Of a stretch of DNA of 64,000 nt, positions 57,201 to 64,000 are shown one piece after another. The notes beneath the pieces were generated by a model that worked only from the letters and a program-made list of their open reading frames with translations, was not told the DNA's origin and did not search any database. This DNA is from Candidatus Eiseniibacteriota bacterium (GTDB lineage Bacteria > Eisenbacteria > RBG-16-71-46): contig JABFRW010000052.1 of the NCBI GenBank assembly GCA_013140805.1, positions 371-64,370 on the forward strand, in the 5' to 3' direction. Both the position numbers and the translations under genes were made by a program. Every line of letters starts with the position of its first letter. Position 1 is the stretch's first letter.

Positions 57201-57418
57201 TGGACCTGCCGCGGGCGGCGAGCGTGACGTTCGAAGTATTCGACGCCCAGGGCCGTGTCGCCTTTCGGAGCCTCGGACGGACACTCGCACCCGGGCGCCA
57301 CACGCTGGACTGGAGCGGACGCGTCGAAGGTCGTGAGCCGGCAGCGCCGGGGCTCTACTGGGCACGCGTGACGGTCGACGGCGTCCGCTACGCCCGTCGC
57401 TTCGTGATCGTCAGGTAG
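54263..57418 (+). CDS. Secreted PQQ-dependent sugar dehydrogenase, multidomain (paralogue 3; alternative start 54245)
   Basis: Collinear with and highly similar to paralogue 2. GGAGG lies upstream of ATG 54263. Confidence 0.85.
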   Translation: MLSRRAGRLFAAALIVTAIGIAPRPARAIAFSDPLFVAEDVAPGASWSTPTGLAYLPGGRLLVIEKRGRVYSVMNGIKSAQPLLNLELEVLNEGDRGLLGIAVDPNYVSNHSVYLLYTVDPDSNNVETNDDAFSRLSRFQIGFADSTVIAYSSRAVLFGSTWTNGAVSAASSHTIGCLRFGSDGTLLVSVGDGGQFSGADAGGLDPGAFGAGRTDPLEDIGAFRAQYLQSLAGKLLRLDPATGRGLPSNPFYQAGSPSSAQSRVWAYGLRNPFRFAMRPGTGSSNPGVGQPGVAFIDDAGWFTWEETNVAVTGGLNFGWPCYEGFNPQNAYQGAVPSHHGCATIGTPANPSPRANPLIAWHHGDSLLSTPAGLIGNAATACLFYTGSRYPTGFAGRFFFSDYGRNWIDTAVMDASHALVSTAPWATSADGPVDMAQDPASGEIVLVTLANNKVLRVRYTGAGSNGAPLAFAAGTPRVGVAPCLVNFSSAGTFDPNGDPLTLNWLFGDGTGASGPAPSHSYTVAGSYQATLTARDNHGDIGRDTVTIVVLGSSVFPTTAVLDNFNRANGPLGGAWVDNANGLAINGNQLTQTCCTPSTVWSGQSFGPNQEAYVRFLAVTPGADEQDLMLKVQGLSYSTGHIEVRYDAVLAAVRVSTYLPSTSWTQWAAFPTTMAVGDVLGARAFSNGMIQVMKNGALLGETTSGEWPFAANGGYLGLTFAGALTSRLDDFGGGTIVLNPNTAPNATVTSPPSGQFYVEGIPIALTGTATDAQQSSASLQYDWSVDLHHNNHVHPSTVVLSGASTGFTPENHDDGTGVWLEVKLLAMDSGGLADTAGIALYPEIDLQAKAGLISPDPPTTGTQTFVNFWIHNRGRMPAQRSRWRLNRGAQMLAEGDTLVARLDSVRVQRVFPAGTFVAGPLTLRFRADTLGTVPETNEANNGVTVQRTVIQGGAVAVEPPPIAFGLGESRPNPSASSVAFSLDLPRAASVTFEVFDAQGRVAFRSLGRTLAPGRHTLDWSGRVEGREPAAPGLYWARVTVDGVRYARRFVIVR

Positions 57419-57841
57419 ATGCGCGTGTCGCGTTCGATCGGAGCGAACTCCCGGCATTCAAGATTCGGCGCGATCGTTGCCCTGGCCCTCGTCCTTCACG
57501 GCTGCGCCGGTTCGCGTCCTCCGATCGAGCCGCTGCCGGGTGCTGCCGAGGTCGGCGAGGCTTCGTACTACGCGCGACACTTCCAGGGTCGCCGCACCGC
57601 GAACGGGGAGCGCTTCGATCAGGCCGAGCTGACCGCGGCGCATCGCACGCTGCCGTTCGGCACCCGCGTCAAGGTCACGAACCTTGCGAATGGCGCGAGC
57701 GTGTTCCTGCGCATCAACGATCGCGGACCGTTTCGCCGCGGACGCGTGATCGACGTGTCGCGGCGCGCGGCCCGCGAACTCGGCTTCCTGCGAGAGGGCG
57801 TGACGCGCGTCCGGGTCGAGGTGATGCCCGACCCGCCGTAG
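57419..57841 (+). CDS. rlpA: RlpA-family septal ring lytic transglycosylase lipoprotein (DPBB domain)
   Basis: Lipobox [40 protein letters not shown]. Confidence 0.93.
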   Translation: MRVSRSIGANSRHSRFGAIVALALVLHGCAGSRPPIEPLPGAAEVGEASYYARHFQGRRTANGERFDQAELTAAHRTLPFGTRVKVTNLANGASVFLRINDRGPFRRGRVIDVSRRAARELGFLREGVTRVRVEVMPDPP

Positions 57842-59533
57842 CGATCGTGCTGCGTGCGAGCGAAGCTCCCGTGCGGCGAGTGCCGGCGCCAGCGGCCCCA
57901 GCTCGAGCCAGATCACGGTGAAGCCGTCGGCGGTGCGAAAGCGGCGCTCCTGAATGGCCCCGAGCGTCGCGTGGGTGCGTGCCGCTCCCGGGCGCTCGGC
58001 GATCTCGACCCATGCGGGCCACGCGCGATCCGAATCGCGAAGCGCGAGCAGCACGAAGCGGAACTCGTGCAATCGTCGAAGCGGCGAAACCTCATCGGGC
58101 GTGAGCGCCAGCTGAAGGACCGGGCGCTCGAGCGGCCACGCGAGCAGGGGACCGAGGTTCGACATCACCGTCGCGCCGGCCGGCGCGCGCTGCACGAGCA
58201 GGTCCGCGATCGATCGCAGCGACTCGGTCGACGGCACCACGCGCGCATCGAGTGCGCGTTGCGCGGCGCGATTGCCCTCGCTGCTCTGCCGGACGCCCCA
58301 GCCGAGCGCCAGCACGGCAACGCTCGCGATCAGCAGGTTGCGAGCGCGTGCGCCCAACATCGCATCGGGTGCCCGGCTCAGCAGTCCGACGAGCGAGAGC
58401 CACCCCGCAGCTTCGAGCGGCAGCCGGCTCGGGAACATCTCGCGCGGCCACGGAAGCGTAACCGCGGCGGCGACGACTCCGAGCGTCGCGGCGCCGAGGG
58501 CTGCGAGCACGGCCGCGACGAGCGCACGCGCCGGGCGTGCGATCACCAGCCACAGCACCAGAGAGCCGAACCACAAGCCGCGCAATCCCGTGAGTGACAG
58601 GAGCAACAACTCGGGCAGCTGTCTCGAGAGCTTCGCCGCGAGCAACGGAATGGCGTCCGCCCCGCGGTTCGAATCCCACGCCGGCGATCCGAAGGCACGC
58701 CACTTGTAGGTCCACCAGGGTGCGAGCGGAATCACGCCGCCGAGCACCGCGAGCGCCAGCACGCGTCGACGAGTCCCAGGCGCAGCGCTCCACGCGGCCG
58801 CGAGGATCGCGAGCGGGCCGAGCCACGCGATGCCGGGCCGGAACAGGCCGGTGACTCCCAGCACCACGCCGAACGCCAGCGGCCAGCGCGCTGCATGCCC
58901 GAGCGCGATCGCGAACAACAACGCGGTCCAGCCCAGTGTGAAAGGCAATTCGGGCAGCCCGTTCACCGCGAGGTGTTGTGCCTCAGGGTCGAGCCACACC
59001 AGCAACGCAGCGACAGAGGCGAGCAGCAGTCGCGGAACCCTCGATGTCGAAACTGCACCGGAGGCACCCCGGGCGACCGCGTTCGAGCCCGGTTCGCGGT
59101 ACGGCTCTCCGGGTGAGTCCGAGATTCGCAAGGTGCCGATGAACACCACGAGCCCGAGCAAGATGAAGCATGCAACCGGGCTTGCCAGCGTGAGCGGCGC
59201 GAGTGACTCAGGCGAGGTGCCGGCTCCGAACATGCGCGCGACCGTGAACAGAAGCGCCTCGACCAGCACCAGTCCCGGCTGCACAATCGCGAGCGGCCAC
59301 GGTGGCGCGGGGTGGCTCGCCAGCTCGATCGGCAGCGCGAAGAGAGTCGCGAGGCGGCCGTGAAGCGCCAGCTCGCGCGCGGCAATCGCGACCTGCGCCG
59401 CATCGCCATTGAGCAGCGGCGTGTGGCCGCCGAGGTCCCAGGCGCGCGCGTGAAGCCACCACGCGAGTCCGCCCATCGCACTCAGCAGAACGGCGAGCAG
59501 GCGGGCCGGCCACGACTTCCAGGTCGCCGTCAT
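57458..59533 (-). CDS. Polytopic membrane protein, GT-C/ArnT-like glycosyltransferase candidate; 3' end runs antisense into rlpA
   Basis: N-terminal TM then [12 protein letters not shown]; ELPFT; many TM segments; PWW..WRAFGSP; VMSN. Confidence 0.6.
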   Translation of the reverse strand: MTATWKSWPARLLAVLLSAMGGLAWWLHARAWDLGGHTPLLNGDAAQVAIAARELALHGRLATLFALPIELASHPAPPWPLAIVQPGLVLVEALLFTVARMFGAGTSPESLAPLTLASPVACFILLGLVVFIGTLRISDSPGEPYREPGSNAVARGASGAVSTSRVPRLLLASVAALLVWLDPEAQHLAVNGLPELPFTLGWTALLFAIALGHAARWPLAFGVVLGVTGLFRPGIAWLGPLAILAAAWSAAPGTRRRVLALAVLGGVIPLAPWWTYKWRAFGSPAWDSNRGADAIPLLAAKLSRQLPELLLLSLTGLRGLWFGSLVLWLVIARPARALVAAVLAALGAATLGVVAAAVTLPWPREMFPSRLPLEAAGWLSLVGLLSRAPDAMLGARARNLLIASVAVLALGWGVRQSSEGNRAAQRALDARVVPSTESLRSIADLLVQRAPAGATVMSNLGPLLAWPLERPVLQLALTPDEVSPLRRLHEFRFVLLALRDSDRAWPAWVEIAERPGAARTHATLGAIQERRFRTADGFTVIWLELGPLAPALAARELRSHAARSLRRVGHHLDPDARHALSQEAEFAGRAPRHVDHASAAKRSAIVDAQEHARAIRKVRDLDAGAERQRAMRRGQLGLIEALPVRGAATLEVSRVVRSLADLGSTRQRLDRRTRTGAAVKDEGQGNDRAES

Positions 59534-59579
59534 GGCGGCAGAGTAGGGGGCGTGCCGAATCGTGTCGAGAGGTCGCGAA

Positions 59580-60434
59580 CTAGACGATGTCGATCGTCGG
59601 AACCGTCGGGATCGCACCGATCCGTACGGCACTCTCGTACAACTTCGCGAGCGCCTTGCGGCCCAGATCGCCCATGTCGAGCGTCAGGTCGTTGACGTAC
59701 ATGTGCACGAACTTCTTGCCCTGTGTCACGTCCAGTCCGCGTCCGAACTGAAGCGCATAGCGGATCGCTTCGTCCTCGTGGTCGAGCGCGTCCTGGATGC
59801 TGGCGCGAAAGCCGTCGCTGGCGGCTCGCATGAGTTCGGGGCCCAGGTCGCGCCGGATCACGTCGAGTCCGAGCGGAACCGGCAGGCCGTCCCGTTCCTC
59901 CCACAGCTCGCCGAAGTCGAGGACCTTGACGAGGCCCTCGTCGCGATACGTGAGCTGGCTCTCGTGAATGATCACGCCGGCTTCGACTTCGCCCGCGAGC
60001 ACCGCGCCCGGGATGCGATCGAACATGACATCGACCGGAATGCAATCGGGGCACTCGATCTTGAGCAGCAGCGCCGCGGTGGTGAGCGGCCCCGGGATCG
60101 CGACACGCTTGCCGTGCAGCGACTTCATGTTGCGTGCCTCGCGCGCCACCACCAGCGGCCCGTAGCCCTGACCCATCGAGGCGCCGCAGCGCATCACCGC
60201 GAATCGATCGGTGAGAAATGCGTAGGCGTGCGCCGACACCGCGGTGATCTCGAGGTCGCCGTGTTCGAGTGCCCGACGATTGAGTGATTGAATGTCCTGC
60301 AGCACGTGTTCCACGCGGCAGCCGGCGATCTGGGCGCGGCCGGTGTGGAAGCCGTAGAACATGTAGGCGTCGTCGGCGTCGGGGCTGTGGCCGAAACGAA
60401 GAGTTCGCAGGGTCGTGCCGGGCGAGGTGGTCAT
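59580..60434 (-). CDS. mqnD: 1,4-dihydroxy-6-naphthoate synthase MqnD
   Basis: GHSPDADDAYMFY, DIQSLN, G.GYGP, IPG.LTTA, IIHE, LPVPLG, MYVN. Confidence 0.92.
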   Translation of the reverse strand: MTTSPGTTLRTLRFGHSPDADDAYMFYGFHTGRAQIAGCRVEHVLQDIQSLNRRALEHGDLEITAVSAHAYAFLTDRFAVMRCGASMGQGYGPLVVAREARNMKSLHGKRVAIPGPLTTAALLLKIECPDCIPVDVMFDRIPGAVLAGEVEAGVIIHESQLTYRDEGLVKVLDFGELWEERDGLPVPLGLDVIRRDLGPELMRAASDGFRASIQDALDHEDEAIRYALQFGRGLDVTQGKKFVHMYVNDLTLDMGDLGRKALAKLYESAVRIGAIPTVPTIDIV

Positions 60435-60489
60435 GTGAGCGCTCCCAAGGGTCAAGAGTCGCGCAGGATAGCGCACACGCGGCCGTGGC

Positions 60490-60954
60490 TCACACGCGAG
60501 GTGCGAGATAGTCCGCAAGTCGTGCGAGTGCTCGCGGCCAGGCCGCGCGGTACTGCTCGGCGATCGGTTCGTAGTCGGGCCGCGCCGGCAGGGTGTGCGT
60601 GACGCGCAGCCGGCAGGCCCCGCCGACTGCACCCTTCGGATCGAGCCGGAACTCGACGCGGCCCGCGTAGCCGCTCGAGTCCGCTGCCGAGCGTGGCGGG
60701 TAGCCCGCATGCCCGCCCTCGTAGGCGCAGGCCAGCGGCGGCTCGAATCCCGTCCAGGTCGCCTGAAACGGCAGCCCTGAGCGGCCGGGCCGCGTCCACT
60801 CGAGCGTCAGGCGGCCGCCGGCCCGCGGTTCGCTGACCGCCCAATCGCAGAACCAGGCCTGCAGATGGCGGCCCTCGGTCAGCACGTCGAACAGCCGCGC
60901 GGGCGGGGCCGCGAGCGTCCGATCGAAGGCGAGAACCTGTTCGGGGTGCGTCAT
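60490..60954 (-). CDS. SRPBCC/AHSA1 domain protein
   Basis: R.LAAPPARLFDVLT...L..W, EPRAGG, LRVTH, W..AL..L..YL. Confidence 0.8.
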   Translation of the reverse strand: MTHPEQVLAFDRTLAAPPARLFDVLTEGRHLQAWFCDWAVSEPRAGGRLTLEWTRPGRSGLPFQATWTGFEPPLACAYEGGHAGYPPRSAADSSGYAGRVEFRLDPKGAVGGACRLRVTHTLPARPDYEPIAEQYRAAWPRALARLADYLAPRV

Positions 60955-61078
60955 TCCTGCGCAGAGTAGCGCACCCGGACTTCAACCTTCGGCCCCGGCC
61001 CGGTGTCCAATCCCATGTTCGCGACCCATGACCTATCGTGTGCCCGGTGTCCGGGCACCTGACCGCGGGAGAAAACAC

Positions 61079-62173
61079 ATGTCGGTTCGGATCTTCCACG
61101 TCGCGCTGGTCGCGACCCTCCTCGCAGCGCCGCTCGCCGTGGCGCAGGCCGGGGGCTCGCACAGCGGAACCCACGTCAACTCGTCGAGCGGAGACGGACT
61201 GCCGCGCACGTCGTCCGGCGAGTGGTGGGTCGACCCGACATCGGATGCGTCGACTCTGCGGCTCGGGTTTCGAGTCGCACTCACCGGCAGCGGCACCAGC
61301 TGGAACACCATCGACGTCTCACTCGACCGGTTGCCGGGTCTCGATCGCCAGCTCCTCAAGGGCCGCGATGGCGCGACGAGCTTCGACATCAAGCGCGACG
61401 CTGGAACCTTCCACGCCACCGGCAAGTTCACCAAGCGCCGCGGTTCGGGTCGATTCACCTTCGAAGCCGATCCCGCCTACGCGCGCGAACTCGAGAAGCG
61501 TGGCATCGGCCGACCCGCCAGCGGGCAGCAGTTGACGCTCGCGATGCACGACGTGGGGCTCGCGTTCATCGACGCGCTGAGCGCGCAGCAGTACCCGCGA
61601 CCGACGGTCGACGTGCTGGTGCAGTTCGGATGGCACGGCGTGACGCGCGAATACGTCGACGGACTCGCGCGTCTGGGTCATCGGCTCGGCGAGCTCGGTG
61701 CGCTGATCGAGGCGCGCGATCACGGCGTGTCGCTCGACTACATCGCGGACATGCAGCGGCTCGGATTCGACAAGCTCTCGATCGAGGAGCTGATCGAGGC
61801 GCGCGACCACGGCGTGGGACCCGAGTATGTCGCCGCCATGACGGCGAGCGGGCGCGAGAAGCTCTCGATCGAGGAGCTGATCAAGGCGCGCGATCATGGC
61901 GTGGATGCCGAGTTCGCCGCCGAGCTGAGTGCCGCGGGGCTCAAGGACTTCGGCTACGAGGATCTGATTCGGGCCCGCGATCACGGGGTGGACGGCAACT
62001 TCGCCGCCGAACTGTCGACCGCCGGCTACGCGAACCTCACGCTCGATCAGCTGATCCGCGCACGCGACCACGGAGTGACGGGGCGCCAGGCGCGGAAGAT
62101 CAATGCGAAGCTCGGGCGGCGCACGACGTTCGACGAGCTGGTGCGGATCGTGGACCGCGGCGGGCTCGACTAG
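61079..62173 (+). CDS. Exported hypothetical protein with about seven 29-aa helical repeats (LIxARDHGV)
   Basis: Signal peptide; IKRDAGTF beta region; tandem repeats. GGAG RBS. Confidence 0.8.
   Translation: MSVRIFHVALVATLLAAPLAVAQAGGSHSGTHVNSSSGDGLPRTSSGEWWVDPTSDASTLRLGFRVALTGSGTSWNTIDVSLDRLPGLDRQLLKGRDGATSFDIKRDAGTFHATGKFTKRRGSGRFTFEADPAYARELEKRGIGRPASGQQLTLAMHDVGLAFIDALSAQQYPRPTVDVLVQFGWHGVTREYVDGLARLGHRLGELGALIEARDHGVSLDYIADMQRLGFDKLSIEELIEARDHGVGPEYVAAMTASGREKLSIEELIKARDHGVDAEFAAELSAAGLKDFGYEDLIRARDHGVDGNFAAELSTAGYANLTLDQLIRARDHGVTGRQARKINAKLGRRTTFDELVRIVDRGGLD
61531..62150 (+). repeat. 87-nt (29-aa) coding tandem repeat
   Basis: Five clear copies of ctgatc......cgcga.ca.ggcgt (LI.ARDHGV) plus two degenerate upstream copies. 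Confidence 0.8.
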
Positions 62174-63330
62174 GCGCGCGAGCGCGAATTCTCGAGTGCC
62201 GCGCGCGCCTGCCCCTTCGCCGCCGCGCGGTCGCGGGAACGCTGCCACACCCGATCGCGCAACAGGTCGAGCCCCTCGCCCCGCAGCGCGGAGACGAACA
62301 CCGCACCCGGATACTCGGCGCGAATCGCCTCGAGCGCGGTCTCGTCGGTCACCGCGTCGATCTTGTTGAACACCAGCATCGAAGGCTGCGGAGTGACGAG
62401 CAACTCCTCCAGAACTCCGTCGACCGCGCCGATGTGATCGCGAAACGCGAGATCGGCCGCGTCCACCACGTGCAGCAGCAGGTCGGCCTCGAGCGTCTCG
62501 GCGAGCGTGCTGCGAAACGACGCCACCAGATGATGCGGCAGTTTGCGGATGAATCCGACCGTGTCGGTGAGCAGCGCCACGTCGCGCTCGGGGCTCACCA
62601 TCTGACGCGTGGTGGCATCGAGAGTCGCGAACAGACGGTCCTCGACGAACACCCGAGAGCGCGTGAGCGCATTGAACAACGTGCTCTTGCCGGCGTTCGT
62701 GTATCCGACCAGCGCGGCGCGGAACTCGCCGCGCCGTCGCCGTCGCTGGGTCTCGCGTTCACGCTCGACCGCGACCAGCTCGCGCTTGAGGCGTGCGATG
62801 CGATCGCGCACCAGCCGGCGATCGGTCTCGAGCTGGGTTTCGCCGGGGCCGCGCGTGCCGACGCCGCCCTCCTGACGCTCGAGGTGCTTCCACATGCCGG
62901 TCAGGCGCGGGAACGTGTACTCGAGCTGCGCCAGCTCCACCTGAAGCCGCGATTCGCGGCTGCGCGCGCGGCGCGCGAAGATGTCGAGGATCAGCTCGGA
63001 GCGATCGACCACTTTGCGGTCGATCGCCTTCTCGAGGTTTCGCACCTGGGCGGGCGAGAGGTCGTCGTCGAAGATCACGACGTCCACGTCGTGCGCTTCC
63101 GACAGCGCCTTCACTTCGGCGACCTTGCCCTTGCCGATGAAGGTGGCGGGATGGACCGAGCCGCGTCGCTGCGTGGCCTGCCCCATCACGATCGCACCCG
63201 CGGTGTCGGCGAGGCGCGCGAGTTCCTCGAGCGAGCGGCGCAGGTCTTCGGCGCTCCCGGTCGAATGTCCCACCAGGATGGCGCGCTCCTCGCGCGGCGG
63301 ATTGATGACTTCGAAGTGTTCGCGCTTCAT
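62170..63330 (-). CDS. hflX: Ribosome-splitting GTPase HflX
   Basis: GKGK, LILDIFA, GTRGPGETQLETDRR, GYTNAGKST, LFATLD, DTVGFI, NKID. Confidence 0.96.
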   Translation of the reverse strand: MKREHFEVINPPREERAILVGHSTGSAEDLRRSLEELARLADTAGAIVMGQATQRRGSVHPATFIGKGKVAEVKALSEAHDVDVVIFDDDLSPAQVRNLEKAIDRKVVDRSELILDIFARRARSRESRLQVELAQLEYTFPRLTGMWKHLERQEGGVGTRGPGETQLETDRRLVRDRIARLKRELVAVERERETQRRRRRGEFRAALVGYTNAGKSTLFNALTRSRVFVEDRLFATLDATTRQMVSPERDVALLTDTVGFIRKLPHHLVASFRSTLAETLEADLLLHVVDAADLAFRDHIGAVDGVLEELLVTPQPSMLVFNKIDAVTDETALEAIRAEYPGAVFVSALRGEGLDLLRDRVWQRSRDRAAAKGQARAALENSRSRA

Positions 63331-64000
63331 GCGGGGATCAGGATCTCCAGTTCGTAGGCGGCGGGGGTGAGGTTCTCGAAGCCGCCATCCGCACGCATCA
63401 CCACCGTGTCCTCGATGCGCACGCCGAGTCCGCGCGACGGGTAGTAGAGGCCCGGCTCGACCGTCACCACCATGCCCGGCTCCAGCTTGTCCAGATTGCT
63501 CGGCGGCCCGCCGAGCAGCGGGGCCTCGTGGATCGAAAGCCCGACGCCATGACCGAGGCTGTGCACGTAGCCTTCCTGCAGCGACGGATCCGTGCGGCGC
63601 GTGGCGTGGCCGCGCGCTTCGAAGACATCGCACACTTTTTCGTTCAACGAGCGACACGGTTCACCCACGCGCATTGCTCCCATCGCTTCGCGGAACGCCG
63701 AGTGCACGTCGTCCCACGCGCGTTTCACCGGTTCGGGCGCCACACCAACGCAGAACGTGCGCGTGAAGTCGCTGAAGTAGCCGCCGCCTGCTTCGCCCGG
63801 GAAGATGTCGACGATCACCGGTGCTCCGGGGCGCAACAGTTCTTCGTCGTTGCCGCGGTTGTGGGGAACGCCGGCGTCACGGCCCTGGGCCACGATGCTC
63901 TCGCCACCCTCGAGCCCGCGCGCCACGAATTCGCGGTGCAGCAGCGCGCGCAGATCGCCGAGTTTCACCGCGCGCATGCCGTCGACGACGGTTTCGCCGT
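63327..64000 (-). CDS. Xaa-Pro peptidase (M24 family); 5' end lies outside the window
   Basis: DIFP, SDFTRT, HSLGHGVGLSIHE, TVEPGLY, GVRIED. ATGA overlap with hflX. Confidence 0.93.
   Translation of the reverse strand, partial: GETVVDGMRAVKLGDLRALLHREFVARGLEGGESIVAQGRDAGVPHNRGNDEELLRPGAPVIVDIFPGEAGGGYFSDFTRTFCVGVAPEPVKRAWDDVHSAFREAMGAMRVGEPCRSLNEKVCDVFEARGHATRRTDPSLQEGYVHSLGHGVGLSIHEAPLLGGPPSNLDKLEPGMVVTVEPGLYYPSRGLGVRIEDTVVMRADGGFENLTPAAYELEILIPA

Noticed and set aside
60307-60322. TGTTCCACGCGGCAGC as a third parS
   Set aside because: Only the left half matches, and it lies inside mqnD.
1-64000. CRISPR array, tRNA or rRNA genes
   Set aside because: No repeat-spacer periodicity, cloverleaf/T-loop signature or rRNA-like sequence was seen; the repeats found are coding.

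Overview
High-GC bacterial chromosome segment next to the replication origin. The lineage is inferred only: many secreted proteins end in a FlgD/T9SS-like domain and the LexA box is Fibrobacter/Myxococcus-like, which suggests an FCB-related candidate phylum such as Ca. Eisenbacteria. It opens with jag-mnmE-mnmG-(fhs)-rsmG-parA-parB and two parS sites. It also carries a dispersed futalosine menaquinone pathway (mqnA, C, D, E plus ubiA/ubiX/ubiD-like genes), a btpA-pfkB-psuG cluster, two TonB-dependent receptors, four large secreted PQQ/GSDH-type beta-propeller proteins (three in tandem), peptidases, transporters and hflX. The strongest unexplained signal is an SOS module: a 16-bp palindromic box (CTGCAC-N4-GTGCAG type) occurs in the lexA promoter, upstream of an SplB-like radical SAM gene, and upstream of an IS200-type Y1 transposase homologue. 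That homologue keeps its HUH motif but lacks the catalytic tyrosine, so it looks domesticated. A roughly 190-nt structured ncRNA candidate lies divergent from lexA. All calls come from reading motifs by eye; no database search or folding program was run.
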